Source of the DNA: Candidatus Saccharimonadota bacterium
Lineage (GTDB): Bacteria; Patescibacteriota; Saccharimonadia; Saccharimonadales; HK-STAS-PATE-42
Length of the DNA: 64,000 nucleotides
Direction of reading: 5' to 3'
Assembly (NCBI GenBank): GCA_036826375.1
Contig: DAISWL010000001.1
Span: 40,201-104,200, forward strand
The notes beneath the pieces were generated by a model, which was not told where the DNA came from, ran no database searches, and saw nothing but the letters and a program-made list of their open reading frames with translations. This document shows, piece after piece, positions 44,600 to 54,011 of the stretch. A program made the position numbers and the translations under genes. Every line of letters starts with the position of its first letter. The stretch's first letter is position 1.

Positions 44600-45892
44600 T
44601 TAAAGTTCAATATCCTCAATTTTCACTCTCACCTGCTCCATCGTATCGCGATCTCGAACCGTAACGGTATCATCTTCTAGGGTTTGGAAATCGATGGTGA
44701 TACATTTTGGAACTCCAATTTCATCTGCCCGGCGGTAGCGCTTACCAACGTTACTATTATCATCATAGAGGATGCTACCGTACTTAAGCTTAAGGGTTCT
44801 GTAAACCTCTTGAGCTTTAGTAGCTAGTTCTTGTTTGTTTTTCACTAGGGGAGAAACAACAAACTTTATCGGCGCAATCTCGTTATTAAACTTAAGGTAG
44901 GTTCTTTTATTTTCACCTTCACCATCTTCTTGGTAAGCAGATACCAATGCCGCCATTAAGGACCTCTCCACACCGAAGCTAGGTTCTATAACATGAGGAA
45001 CAAACTTTTCAGATGTAAACTTATCAGTATATTCCATCTTCTTTTTACTAACTCGCTCAATGTTGGAAAGATCGAAGTTTGTTCTATAAGCTAAACCGCT
45101 GATTTCATCGCGACCATGTGGGTAATCAAATTCAAAATCGATGGTTCTTTTGCTGTAGTGAGCCCTATCTTCTGCCTCAACTTCAAGTTTATGAATATTT
45201 TCTTCTGGCAGGCCTATAGCTTTGAAGAAGTTTTCACTAAGCTTAACCCATTTTTCAAACTCAGATTCCCAACCTTTAGGGTTGATGAAGTATTCTATCT
45301 CCATTTGTTCAAATTCACGAGAACGGAACACGAAATCACGCGGGCTGATTTCATTCCTAAAAGCTTTGCCCATTTGCGCAATACCAAACGGCATGTTGGG
45401 ATAAAAAGTATCTACTACATTTTTAAAATTAGTGAAAATACCCTGAGCAGTTTCTGGCCTTAAATAGCTGATTGAATCTTCGTTGGTCAGAGGCCCTACA
45501 TTAGTTTTAAACATTAAGTTAAACTGCTTAGGTTCTGAGAAAGAACTTTTTGCCTTACAACTAGGACACACTTCTTTGTTTTCCAGCTTATCTTCACGAA
45601 ACCTTCCCTTGCATTCACTGCACTCTACTAACGGATCAGTGAATGTATCTACATGCCCACTTGCCTGCCAAACTTTTTGATTCATTAAGATTGCGGCATC
45701 CACACCGTACATGTTATCCATTTGTTCTACAAACATTTTCCACCAAATATTTTGGATGTTCTTTTTTAAAAGAACTCCAAGCGGACCATAGTCCCAGGTT
45801 CCACTTAGCCCACCGTAGACCTCGGAACCCTGAAATATAAATCCTCTACGCTTGCAAAGGCTCGTCAGTTCATCTAAACTAATATCTTTCAT
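44600..45892 (-). CDS. glyQS: glycine--tRNA ligase (homodimeric GlyQS type)
   Basis: KRRGFIFQGSEVYGGLSGTWDYGPLG start and FRNEISPR motif 2. Confidence 0.95.
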   Translation of the reverse strand: MKDISLDELTSLCKRRGFIFQGSEVYGGLSGTWDYGPLGVLLKKNIQNIWWKMFVEQMDNMYGVDAAILMNQKVWQASGHVDTFTDPLVECSECKGRFREDKLENKEVCPSCKAKSSFSEPKQFNLMFKTNVGPLTNEDSISYLRPETAQGIFTNFKNVVDTFYPNMPFGIAQMGKAFRNEISPRDFVFRSREFEQMEIEYFINPKGWESEFEKWVKLSENFFKAIGLPEENIHKLEVEAEDRAHYSKRTIDFEFDYPHGRDEISGLAYRTNFDLSNIERVSKKKMEYTDKFTSEKFVPHVIEPSFGVERSLMAALVSAYQEDGEGENKRTYLKFNNEIAPIKFVVSPLVKNKQELATKAQEVYRTLKLKYGSILYDDNSNVGKRYRRADEIGVPKCITIDFQTLEDDTVTVRDRDTMEQVRVKIEDIEL

Positions 45893-46035
45893 TTTTATTC
45901 TCCTAAACTTAAGTTTTAAAATTAGTATTCTGTTTGAGACGTCTACGAAATAGGCCCTAGGCCAATGCCCATTCCGCCAAATGATTGAAAATTAAGTTTA
46001 AAGTTTTTATCAAGTTTCATATTAATTTAATTATA

Positions 46036-46722
46036 TCATGAATTTAAAACGCTCTCGAGATAACCGCTAAAGGTATCTAACAATCTGTAATAATCTTCTA
46101 TATCTTTAATGCGAGTGATGTAACTGATATTCTGAGCTTGTATCAGACGTAAAACTTTTATTGTTGGAGCCTTGAAAATACCATTGGCAGATTCAGCAAA
46201 TTTCATATCGTTTATATCGAAGTAGTATGATGAATCTTTTTGTAACCGCTTTCCTCTATCATCGGTAAATAGGTTTGGCTGGCGACCAGTTAGCTTTAAC
46301 AAATTGAATAAAAAATTTATACGTATTAAGCTTAAATGATAACTAAAATTATTCAATTGATCTAAAGATTCATTCAATAAGCCAAAGTAATCATCTGCCG
46401 TATCGTCTTCAGTTACTTTATCAATTATCTTCATAAATTCATAAGCCTGCATCATCCTGGGGAAATCTTTAATGATATTCCCATAGTGAATTTTTAGCTT
46501 AGCCTGAATAATTCTACATAGCTCTCCCCTAGTTTTAATAAAAGTGATTTCCGAGACACTGAACAACTCTACGCCAGCCGCCAGTTTAGATTTAGATTTC
46601 CTAACCCCACGAATTAATGCGGAGATCTTGCCCGACCGCGAAATAAAACTAACAACCTTATCAGATTCCTGATAGTTGGTTCTTCTGAGAATGATGGCGT
46701 TTGTAGTTATTTGTTCTGGCAT
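46036..46722 (-). CDS. recO: DNA repair protein RecO
   Basis: OB-fold N-terminus (AIILRRTNYQESDKVVSF) and typical length. Confidence 0.8.
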   Translation of the reverse strand: MPEQITTNAIILRRTNYQESDKVVSFISRSGKISALIRGVRKSKSKLAAGVELFSVSEITFIKTRGELCRIIQAKLKIHYGNIIKDFPRMMQAYEFMKIIDKVTEDDTADDYFGLLNESLDQLNNFSYHLSLIRINFLFNLLKLTGRQPNLFTDDRGKRLQKDSSYYFDINDMKFAESANGIFKAPTIKVLRLIQAQNISYITRIKDIEDYYRLLDTFSGYLESVLNS

Positions 46723-46787
46723 AATATGATTTTAAGTTTAAGTTTAAATGAGCATCAGAGCGATAATAGTTATGAATTTGGTACTAA

Positions 46788-47168
46788 CTAAAGCCTTAAA
46801 TCTATTCTTTCTATTCTGCTTATTAGTTGATTAATATCTGTTGAGGGTGCATAAACTACATCTTTAATTCCGTAAGATGATTTCAAACCTCCGCTCAGCA
46901 TTTGCTCTAACTCTGGGATGAAGGTATAAAAAACTATTGGTATATCTTTTGTATCTGGGTAAGATGATAATATCGACATCATCTTAATGGCATCGGAATC
47001 TGGCAAAAAATAATCGGTGATGATTACATCCGGGTAGAAGCCATCATCTATTAAATCTAACAATTCAGATGCACTGTAAGCTGATACAAGCCTGTGCCCT
47101 TGATTTTTAAAAGCCAATTCTAGTAATTGACCCTGCCACTGACTCTCGCTGACAAAAATTATATTCAT
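46788..47168 (-). CDS. stand-alone receiver-domain protein with a degenerate phosphorylation pocket
   Basis: CheY-like fold. By-eye alignment gives D57-equivalent present (IITDYFLP), the DD pair replaced by SE, and the conserved Lys position occupied by Ala (VVYAPS). Confidence 0.65.
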   Translation of the reverse strand: MNIIFVSESQWQGQLLELAFKNQGHRLVSAYSASELLDLIDDGFYPDVIITDYFLPDSDAIKMMSILSSYPDTKDIPIVFYTFIPELEQMLSGGLKSSYGIKDVVYAPSTDINQLISRIERIDLRL

Positions 47169-47174
47169 ATTCAG

Positions 47175-47930
47175 TTAGTAATTCTCCATATCAAACAGTG
47201 GTTGTTGCTCAGAAACCGGCAATAATATATTAAAGCTACAGCCCTTTTTAAACTTAACTATATCAAACACCCCGTTGAGGTTAGTAACGATAGTTTGGGC
47301 GATAAAAACCCCTAACCCACTATTGGAGGCGAACGTTCTGGTCGGACTGCGCATCGTAGCGAACTGCTTAAGTAATCGTAGTATTTCTATTTTCGATATA
47401 TATAACTTTTCTGATTTAAGGCTAAGCTTAATATGATTTTTAGCCCTACTAAGCTTAAGCCTCACCAGACTTTCCGTTGGGCTGTACTTGAGCAGCATTT
47501 CAACAAGATTATAAACAGCAAGAGACACAGCCTTTCTATCCCCAATAGCTAGAGGTAACCTTTTTGTAGATTCTAAACTGAGATGCTGACCGTAATGGAC
47601 GGCTGCAACTTGTAAATCGGAAATTATATCACTGGATAGCAAAAACATGTTAGTCGGCTCTAAATTAAGCTTAAGGCTAGATTGATTCCATTGATAGCTC
47701 TTCACTATACCATCTATCAGGTACATGCAGCTCTCAGTCTGTATGTTGATTTTCTGTAAATATTCTACTAGTTGCTTTCTGGTCAGTTTTTCGTGATTAG
47801 TGGCAATGAAATCTGATGCATCATGCATAAATTTGAGTGGGGCCTGTAAATCTTGTGCAACACTAACTAAAGCTTTGAAACTTTGTTGGTTTAAATTTGA
47901 TGTTGCAAGAAAATCAGGCCTGCTCGACAT
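47175..47930 (-). CDS. cytoplasmic histidine-kinase-like protein lacking the phospho-accepting His
   Basis: The H-box reads SVAQDLQAPL (Q where H is expected). An N-box-like NLVEMLLKYS and G2-like SGLGVFIAQ are present, but no clear DxGxG. Confidence 0.6.
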   Translation of the reverse strand: MSSRPDFLATSNLNQQSFKALVSVAQDLQAPLKFMHDASDFIATNHEKLTRKQLVEYLQKINIQTESCMYLIDGIVKSYQWNQSSLKLNLEPTNMFLLSSDIISDLQVAAVHYGQHLSLESTKRLPLAIGDRKAVSLAVYNLVEMLLKYSPTESLVRLKLSRAKNHIKLSLKSEKLYISKIEILRLLKQFATMRSPTRTFASNSGLGVFIAQTIVTNLNGVFDIVKFKKGCSFNILLPVSEQQPLFDMENY

Positions 47931-48028
47931 AAGTATCTACCCTCCTTACTTATATCTAAATTATAGTTTAGTTTGGAACTGTTTACTATAACAAAAATAA
48001 CAACGAGATTCTAAACGCTAATGCTTGC

Positions 48029-50602
48029 CTATAAGCCAATTTTTTGATCCAGCCATCTTCCATTAATCTCAATTCCCTCAATCCCCTGTTTTATGCTTAG
48101 GCTTAAGCAAGGCTCTTTGTTTTCTTCCCAGAACTTCACAAACTCATCTTTAAATTCTTTGAACCATAGGCTTCGCGATACATAAACTGGAACCCGAGCA
48201 ATAAAGTTTTCAGTAACTAGTAGTTCACGGATTTTAGGCCAATTAGCAGTTAGCCAATCCCAGTTCAAACGAGCCGAATATTTACCGGTTGCCATGTAGG
48301 CAATCCAGAAAACAATATCCTGAGTTCTAATTTTGTCATCCAGAATAAGTTGTTGGCATCTTTTCAAAAGCTTCTCTGATTTAAAACCGGTCATGGCCGC
48401 AGAAACTGTTCTTTTATCTTCATCTGATGTTTTATTATCAAAGTACCAATCTTCCATTTTATTGAAATCTTGCTCGCTATCTAATTTAGCTATTCCCGAG
48501 AGTATAACTCCCTTAAGTTCGGGGTCGAGCTCTGATACTTCATTCGCTTTATCAAAGCTAGATCTAACCCAATCGATAACTTGTTTATCTTTCACTGATA
48601 TTCGCATTGCTAAAATTGTAGCTCTAAGTTGAAAATCGTTTTCAGTTTCACCGTTTTTTGGTTCTATACCTAAGCGTTTGAAGTTGTGATCAGTTAAGTT
48701 TAATATTACATTGTTTAAAGTTTTAGATGTATTTTCTATATTGCCGTAAATCAACTTAAATTTAGTAATTGCGCGCGATACAGTTCGCCACACAACTTCA
48801 TCTTCTTCTTTGGCGAAGGTATTGGCTACCATCCAGAAATTTGCGTTATCAGTTTTGCCAGCTTGTGCCAACATGAAAATATCAAATAGTAAGCCCATCT
48901 TTTCTACGGAATTAAGTTTTGACATATTAGATACTAAATCGCGAACCAGCTCGGAACTATAGTTGGTAATGAAATAGCCTGCCTGATTCTGGTTAACGTA
49001 GATGCTATCCCCCAACTTAAGCTTAGCATTCCGGCCAGAATAGATTTTATTATCTATCGGCAGCTCCCACAGTTGGTGATTAACCTTTTCTGGCGGGTTT
49101 AAGAAGAACCTTTCTTGGGTTGCCCTTAGGTTGCCTTGTTCATCTTTTTGAACCTTAACTTCTGGGAAGCCCGGCTGCATGACCCAGCTATCCATAAACT
49201 TAGCTACATCTTTTTTGCTAACGGAACTTAAGGTTTTCCATAAATCAGATCGCTCAGCATTTTTGTAGGCAAAATCTTGCATATATTTTCTGATGCCAGA
49301 TCTGAACATCTCATCACCTAAAAATTGATGCAACATATTTATCATGTTGCTACCCTTTTGGTAAGTGATAATATCGAAATTAGTTCTAATATCACTTGGG
49401 CTTTTAATACTTACAACTATCGGATGAGTATTATCTAGGGCATCCATACCCATGCTAGGTTGCATATCGCTTTCTATAAACTGCTCAAAAACTTCCCAAT
49501 CGGGATGCATATGATCCATAGCATAAAATTCCATCCAGGCAGCAAAGTTTTCATTTAGCCATAAATCTTCCCACCATTTCATAGTTACTAAGTTACCAAA
49601 CCACATGTGTGAAAGTTCGTGGGCTATTACTAAAGATACGTATTGTTTGTGCGATATATCGCTGCTCTCATCTATTAAAAGAGATGACTCCCGAAAAGTA
49701 ATCAGACCCCAATTTTCCATGGCACCGCTTTCAAAATCTGGAACGGCCACAATGTCGCATTTCTCTAGCGGATATTTAATCCCAAAAAAATCATTATAAA
49801 ACTTAAGGTAACTTTCGGCCTCTACCATGGCAAGACTAAGATTTCCCTCCTTGCCTGGAGTTGCCCACGCCCTGAGCAGCGTTCCATCATCCAAAACTTT
49901 TTGCTGAGATTTCATCTTGCCAATTATTAAAGCCAGTAGGTAGCTACTCATTACCGGCGTGGGCTTAAACTTAAGTTGCACCAGCTTATCGGAGCTAGAT
50001 TCTGGCACCTGAGTTGGAGCATCTACAGCCTTAAGCTTAACAACTTCTTCCGGTTCGGTGTTGAATAAAATTTGATTTGCTTCGTGTTCATCTTCACTTA
50101 AAATTAAGCTGAAGTTGAAGATGGCCTTAGCCTCGGGTTCATCAATCATTGGGATTACATTGCGGGCGAAGTGAGATTCAAACTGAGTTGTAAGTAAATA
50201 ATCTTCTTTACCGTTTTCATCTACAAAAGTAGATTTGTAGAGGCCGTCTAATTCTTTTTCGGGGATTATGCCTTGATATTCAATTTCAATTTTATATTCA
50301 CCAGGGTAAATTGTGGAATCTGAATGCAAGCGGAGTTCTTGAGTGCTGGGGTGATGATAAATTCTAGAGATTGCAACTTCTGCATCTTCACCTTTTTTAG
50401 GCTTAAGTTTTATAATTTTTGCTGATGTTATTTTTAGGTATTTTTTTTCAGCGTGCAGAGTTAACCTCTGGCTAGGCTTGCCGATCCTGCGCCCAATAAC
50501 TTCTACCCTACCATTAAACTTAAGCTTAGCCTTGTTAATTGCCAACGTAATATTGTAAATGCTCGGCGCAAAATTTTTATAAAGCCTGTTAACTCCAGTC
50601 AA
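48029..50602 (-). CDS. pepN: M1 family aminopeptidase N
   Basis: GAMENWG and HELSHMWFGN...E zinc motifs. TTG start. Confidence 0.9.
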   Translation of the reverse strand: MTGVNRLYKNFAPSIYNITLAINKAKLKFNGRVEVIGRRIGKPSQRLTLHAEKKYLKITSAKIIKLKPKKGEDAEVAISRIYHHPSTQELRLHSDSTIYPGEYKIEIEYQGIIPEKELDGLYKSTFVDENGKEDYLLTTQFESHFARNVIPMIDEPEAKAIFNFSLILSEDEHEANQILFNTEPEEVVKLKAVDAPTQVPESSSDKLVQLKFKPTPVMSSYLLALIIGKMKSQQKVLDDGTLLRAWATPGKEGNLSLAMVEAESYLKFYNDFFGIKYPLEKCDIVAVPDFESGAMENWGLITFRESSLLIDESSDISHKQYVSLVIAHELSHMWFGNLVTMKWWEDLWLNENFAAWMEFYAMDHMHPDWEVFEQFIESDMQPSMGMDALDNTHPIVVSIKSPSDIRTNFDIITYQKGSNMINMLHQFLGDEMFRSGIRKYMQDFAYKNAERSDLWKTLSSVSKKDVAKFMDSWVMQPGFPEVKVQKDEQGNLRATQERFFLNPPEKVNHQLWELPIDNKIYSGRNAKLKLGDSIYVNQNQAGYFITNYSSELVRDLVSNMSKLNSVEKMGLLFDIFMLAQAGKTDNANFWMVANTFAKEEDEVVWRTVSRAITKFKLIYGNIENTSKTLNNVILNLTDHNFKRLGIEPKNGETENDFQLRATILAMRISVKDKQVIDWVRSSFDKANEVSELDPELKGVILSGIAKLDSEQDFNKMEDWYFDNKTSDEDKRTVSAAMTGFKSEKLLKRCQQLILDDKIRTQDIVFWIAYMATGKYSARLNWDWLTANWPKIRELLVTENFIARVPVYVSRSLWFKEFKDEFVKFWEENKEPCLSLSIKQGIEGIEINGRWLDQKIGL

Positions 50603-50731
50603 GATTCCCTCCTTAAAAATTATTTTCTTGATTTAAGTTTAATTATAACACGCACTCTGCTTAACCCGGGCTTAAGTTTAATTATGAACTCGGTGGTTAT
50701 AAACATAACTGAGGTAATAATAAGAAAATAC

Positions 50732-50774
50732 TTGACTTTTTTCCCTATTATTGATATATATATTAGCTTTTTGA
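50732..50774 (+). promoter_or_regulatory. promoter TTGACT-N17-TGaTATATA with the conserved 23-nt module
   Basis: TTGACT lies at 50732-50737 and TATATA at 50755-50760. 50752-50774 is identical to 18458-18480. Confidence 0.6.
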
Positions 50775-50842
50775 TTGAGTTTAGGCTATTCACATAGTCC
50801 TTAAAGCTCTCAAAATGCACTTTAGCAAGCAAGATCTTTCGT

Positions 50843-50930
50843 TTTTCAGGGGAGAACTTTGAGATTTAAGTTTTAGATTGCTATTTAAACTTAAGAATCT
50901 CCCCTGAAAAGGGTCAGCCGAAAGTCGGCT
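50843..50930 (+). promoter_or_regulatory. structured 5' leader of the 50954 ORF (two hairpins)
   Basis: A 13-bp perfect stem pairs TTTTCAGGGGAGA (50843-50855) with TCTCCCCTGAAAA (50898-50910), with an inner TTAAGTTT/AAACTTAA pairing. A second hairpin AGCCGA-aag-TCGGCT lies at 50916-50930. Confidence 0.55.
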
Positions 50931-50953
50931 ATTGAGAATGTGAGGAGACTCTC

Positions 50954-51340
50954 ATGGTACTGATTAGGGCTACATGCAATGATTGCGGGGATGTCGATCT
51001 CCGCCCTTCGAGCGTAACCGCTCGGATATGCACTAATGACCACGAAGTTACGTACCGATTCAGTTGCCCCATCTGTCAGATGACAGAAATAAAGGGGGCA
51101 GATGATAGGATACAGGGGTTACTCGCCCTCGCAGGTGTAAAGCGGGAAGAGTGGAGGCTCCCGCTAGAGCTGTGGGAGCGGCCGCCAGCGGGCAAGCCGA
51201 TAAACCATGATGACCTGATCGACTTTCATATCGCATTAGGAGGTTTGCCCGAGGCATGCCCTGAAAGAAGGGCTGATCCTCCCCGGTCTAGGGGGGTACC
51301 AAGAATTTGGGTTTTTCTCAAAAAGGTCTGCGGGCAATAG
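50954..51340 (+). CDS. G+C-rich Cys4 zinc-ribbon protein, hypothetical
   Basis: CNDCG...CPIC Cys pairs and SD GAGGAG. From memory it resembles a small actinobacterial protein family (C..CG...F.CP.C...LP.EL...DDL.DFH); this was not searched. Confidence 0.6.
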   Translation: MVLIRATCNDCGDVDLRPSSVTARICTNDHEVTYRFSCPICQMTEIKGADDRIQGLLALAGVKREEWRLPLELWERPPAGKPINHDDLIDFHIALGGLPEACPERRADPPRSRGVPRIWVFLKKVCGQ

Positions 51341-51360
51341 AATTCTATTGCCCGCAGACC
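51325..51360. terminator. perfect 36-bp palindrome; terminator for the convergent ABC transporter gene, overlapping the stop of the 50954 ORF
   Basis: GGTCTGCGGGCAATAGAATTCTATTGCCCGCAGACC. A T-run follows it on the minus strand only. Confidence 0.7.
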
Positions 51361-51430
51361 CGGCGGGGTTATTGCTTGCTAAATATTTTTAGAACCTTAT
51401 TTATATATTTATATGGTTGAGGGATACCAA

Positions 51431-53221
51431 CTATGCTTCTAACCCCCATTTACTTAAGGCTTTTTTGGTTACTTGCTTATCTTTATTGCTAAAATCTAGT
51501 AGCTGATTATATATGCCTCCGCTTTTTGCTAGTTCAGGAGGCGTACCTTGTTCTTGTACTCTCCCTTCGGCAATAGTAATAATTCTATCCGCCCCAGCAA
51601 TAGTAGAAAGACGATGTGCAATGATTATCGTGGTTCTGCCTTCCATTAAATTATCTAATGCAGCTTGAACTTCACTTTCTGAACGATTATCCAAGCTGCT
51701 AGTAGCCTCATCTAAAACCAAAATTGGGGCATCTTTTAAGATTGCTCGAGCGATGGCAATTCGCTGTTTTTGGCCTCCACTAAGCTTAAGGCCTCTTTCG
51801 CCTATTACCTCATCATAACCCTTATTAAACTTAATGATAAACCCGTGAGCATTGGCTTTTTTTGCTGCAGCTATAATCTGATCATCAGATGCCCCAATTT
51901 TACCGTAAGCAATATTTTCTTTTATAGTGCCACTGAATAATGATGGATCTTGAAAAACTACAGCAATACTATTCCTAATTTCGGGAGCATCAACGTCATT
52001 AAGTCTAGTTTTACCGATACTAATCGAGCCGTTCTGAGGACGATAGAATCCTAACAGTAAGTTGGTTATAGTACTCTTGCCTTCTCCGGATTCAGCGACG
52101 AAGGCAACTTTTTGGCCCTCTTCGATTGTAAAACTTAAGTTTTTTAGAATCTTGTTTTCTTCGCCATCATAGGCAAAATCGACATCTTTGAAATTAATAT
52201 CACCCTTAAGTTTTGTCATTGAATGGTTTTTATACGTAACTGATTCATACTTATCGTTTTCAAGATCCATAACGGTAAAATAATCTTGACTACCAGCAAT
52301 TGCGCTCTGAGTTTGCTCTACAATAAAGCCCATGGTCATTAGTGGGAATCTGAGTCCGGCTAGCATCAGAATTATTGTTGTTAGAGGTCCGGCAGTTATT
52401 TGACCCTGGTAAGCTTGATAGATTAAAAACCCGTACATGAGAGCGTAAAATCCTGTTATAACCAGTTTCCTTAAGACATCTTGGGTGTGCCACATCTTAG
52501 ATTGGGGAACATTAAGCTTAGCTATACGTTTAAACTTATTGGCAAAACTTTGGAGCTCGGTTGGTTCTTGCAAAAAACTCTTAGTAACTTTAATTTGACC
52601 GATAACCTCGGCGAATCTTCCAGTAGCTATATCGTGGTTCTGATTCTTCTCCATTTCAAATTTTATCCACTTAGTAGAAGTTTTTCTGGTCAGCCAAATG
52701 TAAAATGGTATTAAAATTGCCGCAGTTAGAGCCGTTTCCCAGGAATAATAAGCAATATATATGATACTAAACCCAGCTGTTAAAAAGAAGCTGATGAAAT
52801 TGTTGCTCATCATCTGGAGGAAACGAGTGATGACATCTATCGAGCGAGTTAGTCTGTTGATTACCGCTCCCGTTTTTTCATCATCAAAATAAGATTGGCG
52901 CAAATGCATTAGTTTATGGAAATAGTTATTGCTCAATAAGCCCTTAAGCTTAACTGTCATTTGATCCCCCAGATAACCTTGGTAATTGCCTATTATGTTT
53001 ACTGCTATATCTATAGAGAATATCACCGCAAAAGATATTATTAGCCCGCTAGCCACATCGGCTTTCTGACTTACCAGTTGAGTTAATAAAGCTATTACGC
53101 GGCCAGAAAAGATTGGCTGAATCATCATCATTAAAGATACAACAACGTTCAAAATAGCTATCGCTATATAGTACTTTTTAAGCTCAACTGTTGATTTTAT
53201 AATTTTTAGTATTGCGTTCAA
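51431..53221 (-). CDS. ABC transporter, fused permease/ATP-binding protein (MsbA-like exporter)
   Basis: Six TM helices, Walker A ESGEGKST, signature LSGGQKQR and Walker B ILVLDEATS. Confidence 0.9.
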   Translation of the reverse strand: MNAILKIIKSTVELKKYYIAIAILNVVVSLMMMIQPIFSGRVIALLTQLVSQKADVASGLIISFAVIFSIDIAVNIIGNYQGYLGDQMTVKLKGLLSNNYFHKLMHLRQSYFDDEKTGAVINRLTRSIDVITRFLQMMSNNFISFFLTAGFSIIYIAYYSWETALTAAILIPFYIWLTRKTSTKWIKFEMEKNQNHDIATGRFAEVIGQIKVTKSFLQEPTELQSFANKFKRIAKLNVPQSKMWHTQDVLRKLVITGFYALMYGFLIYQAYQGQITAGPLTTIILMLAGLRFPLMTMGFIVEQTQSAIAGSQDYFTVMDLENDKYESVTYKNHSMTKLKGDINFKDVDFAYDGEENKILKNLSFTIEEGQKVAFVAESGEGKSTITNLLLGFYRPQNGSISIGKTRLNDVDAPEIRNSIAVVFQDPSLFSGTIKENIAYGKIGASDDQIIAAAKKANAHGFIIKFNKGYDEVIGERGLKLSGGQKQRIAIARAILKDAPILVLDEATSSLDNRSESEVQAALDNLMEGRTTIIIAHRLSTIAGADRIITIAEGRVQEQGTPPELAKSGGIYNQLLDFSNKDKQVTKKALSKWGLEA

Positions 53222-53294
53222 GTTGAAACCTCCTATTTATTTTGGCTATCTTCTACCGTTTAAGTTTAACACAGTTGGGGCGTCCGATAAGAGT

Positions 53295-54005
53295 TTACTT
53301 ATAGGCTCTGGATCCTGCCAATTCGGCTACGGTAACGAACTGATAGCCGGATTCCCTAAGCTTAGGTATAAGTATTTTAACAGCTTCTACCGTCTTCGAC
53401 CTGTCACCACCTCTTGAATCAAAACCATCATGAAAAATAATAATCGAACCTGGCTTAATAATTTTAAAGGCCCTGTCTGCAATTTTAGCTGGATTAATTT
53501 GCAATATTTCTAGAGGGTGGCAGAATCTACCGCCAACTAGATTTAATTTTCTAGATCTAATGTATTTCACTATAAGTGGTGTTCTAAAAAGCCATGGCAA
53601 CCTTATGTAGCGTGGTTTATTGCCGGTGATCTTTTTAATTGTATTCTGCGATTTCTCTATCTCTAACGAAAAATCAAGGCTACGTAAATAATTACTAAAC
53701 TTATGAGATTGAGAATGATTAGCAATTTGGTGCCCATCTTTTAGCATTCTGTTGAGCAAACCCGGATGCTTTTCGGAGCACTTGCCAACTACAAAAAAAG
53801 TAGCCCTTACATTATTGGCAGATAGAAAATCAAGTATTGAGTCTGTATATGGAGGATTTGGTCCATCGTCAAACGTAATAGCGACTACCTTCTTGTTAGT
53901 TTTGATCATGCGAGGTATACGGTAAGGCCAATCGGAAAATTCTGAGAACATAAATAAGTACACAAAAAGCGCTACTGACCCCACGGTTATTGCGAAAACA
54001 ATCAT
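53295..54005 (-). CDS. polysaccharide deacetylase (NodB domain)
   Basis: ITFDDGP and HSQSH motifs, with an N-terminal TM anchor. Confidence 0.85.
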   Translation of the reverse strand: MIVFAITVGSVALFVYLFMFSEFSDWPYRIPRMIKTNKKVVAITFDDGPNPPYTDSILDFLSANNVRATFFVVGKCSEKHPGLLNRMLKDGHQIANHSQSHKFSNYLRSLDFSLEIEKSQNTIKKITGNKPRYIRLPWLFRTPLIVKYIRSRKLNLVGGRFCHPLEILQINPAKIADRAFKIIKPGSIIIFHDGFDSRGGDRSKTVEAVKILIPKLRESGYQFVTVAELAGSRAYK

Positions 54006-54011
54006 TGATAT

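Noticed and set aside
45947-46024. Gly-rich 25-codon mini-ORF (MKLDKNFKLNFQSFGGMGIGLGPIS) upstream of glyQS as an attenuation leader peptide
   Set aside because: It has no Shine-Dalgarno or leaderless-type promoter in front, and no convincing terminator/antiterminator pair follows. It is probably a chance ORF.
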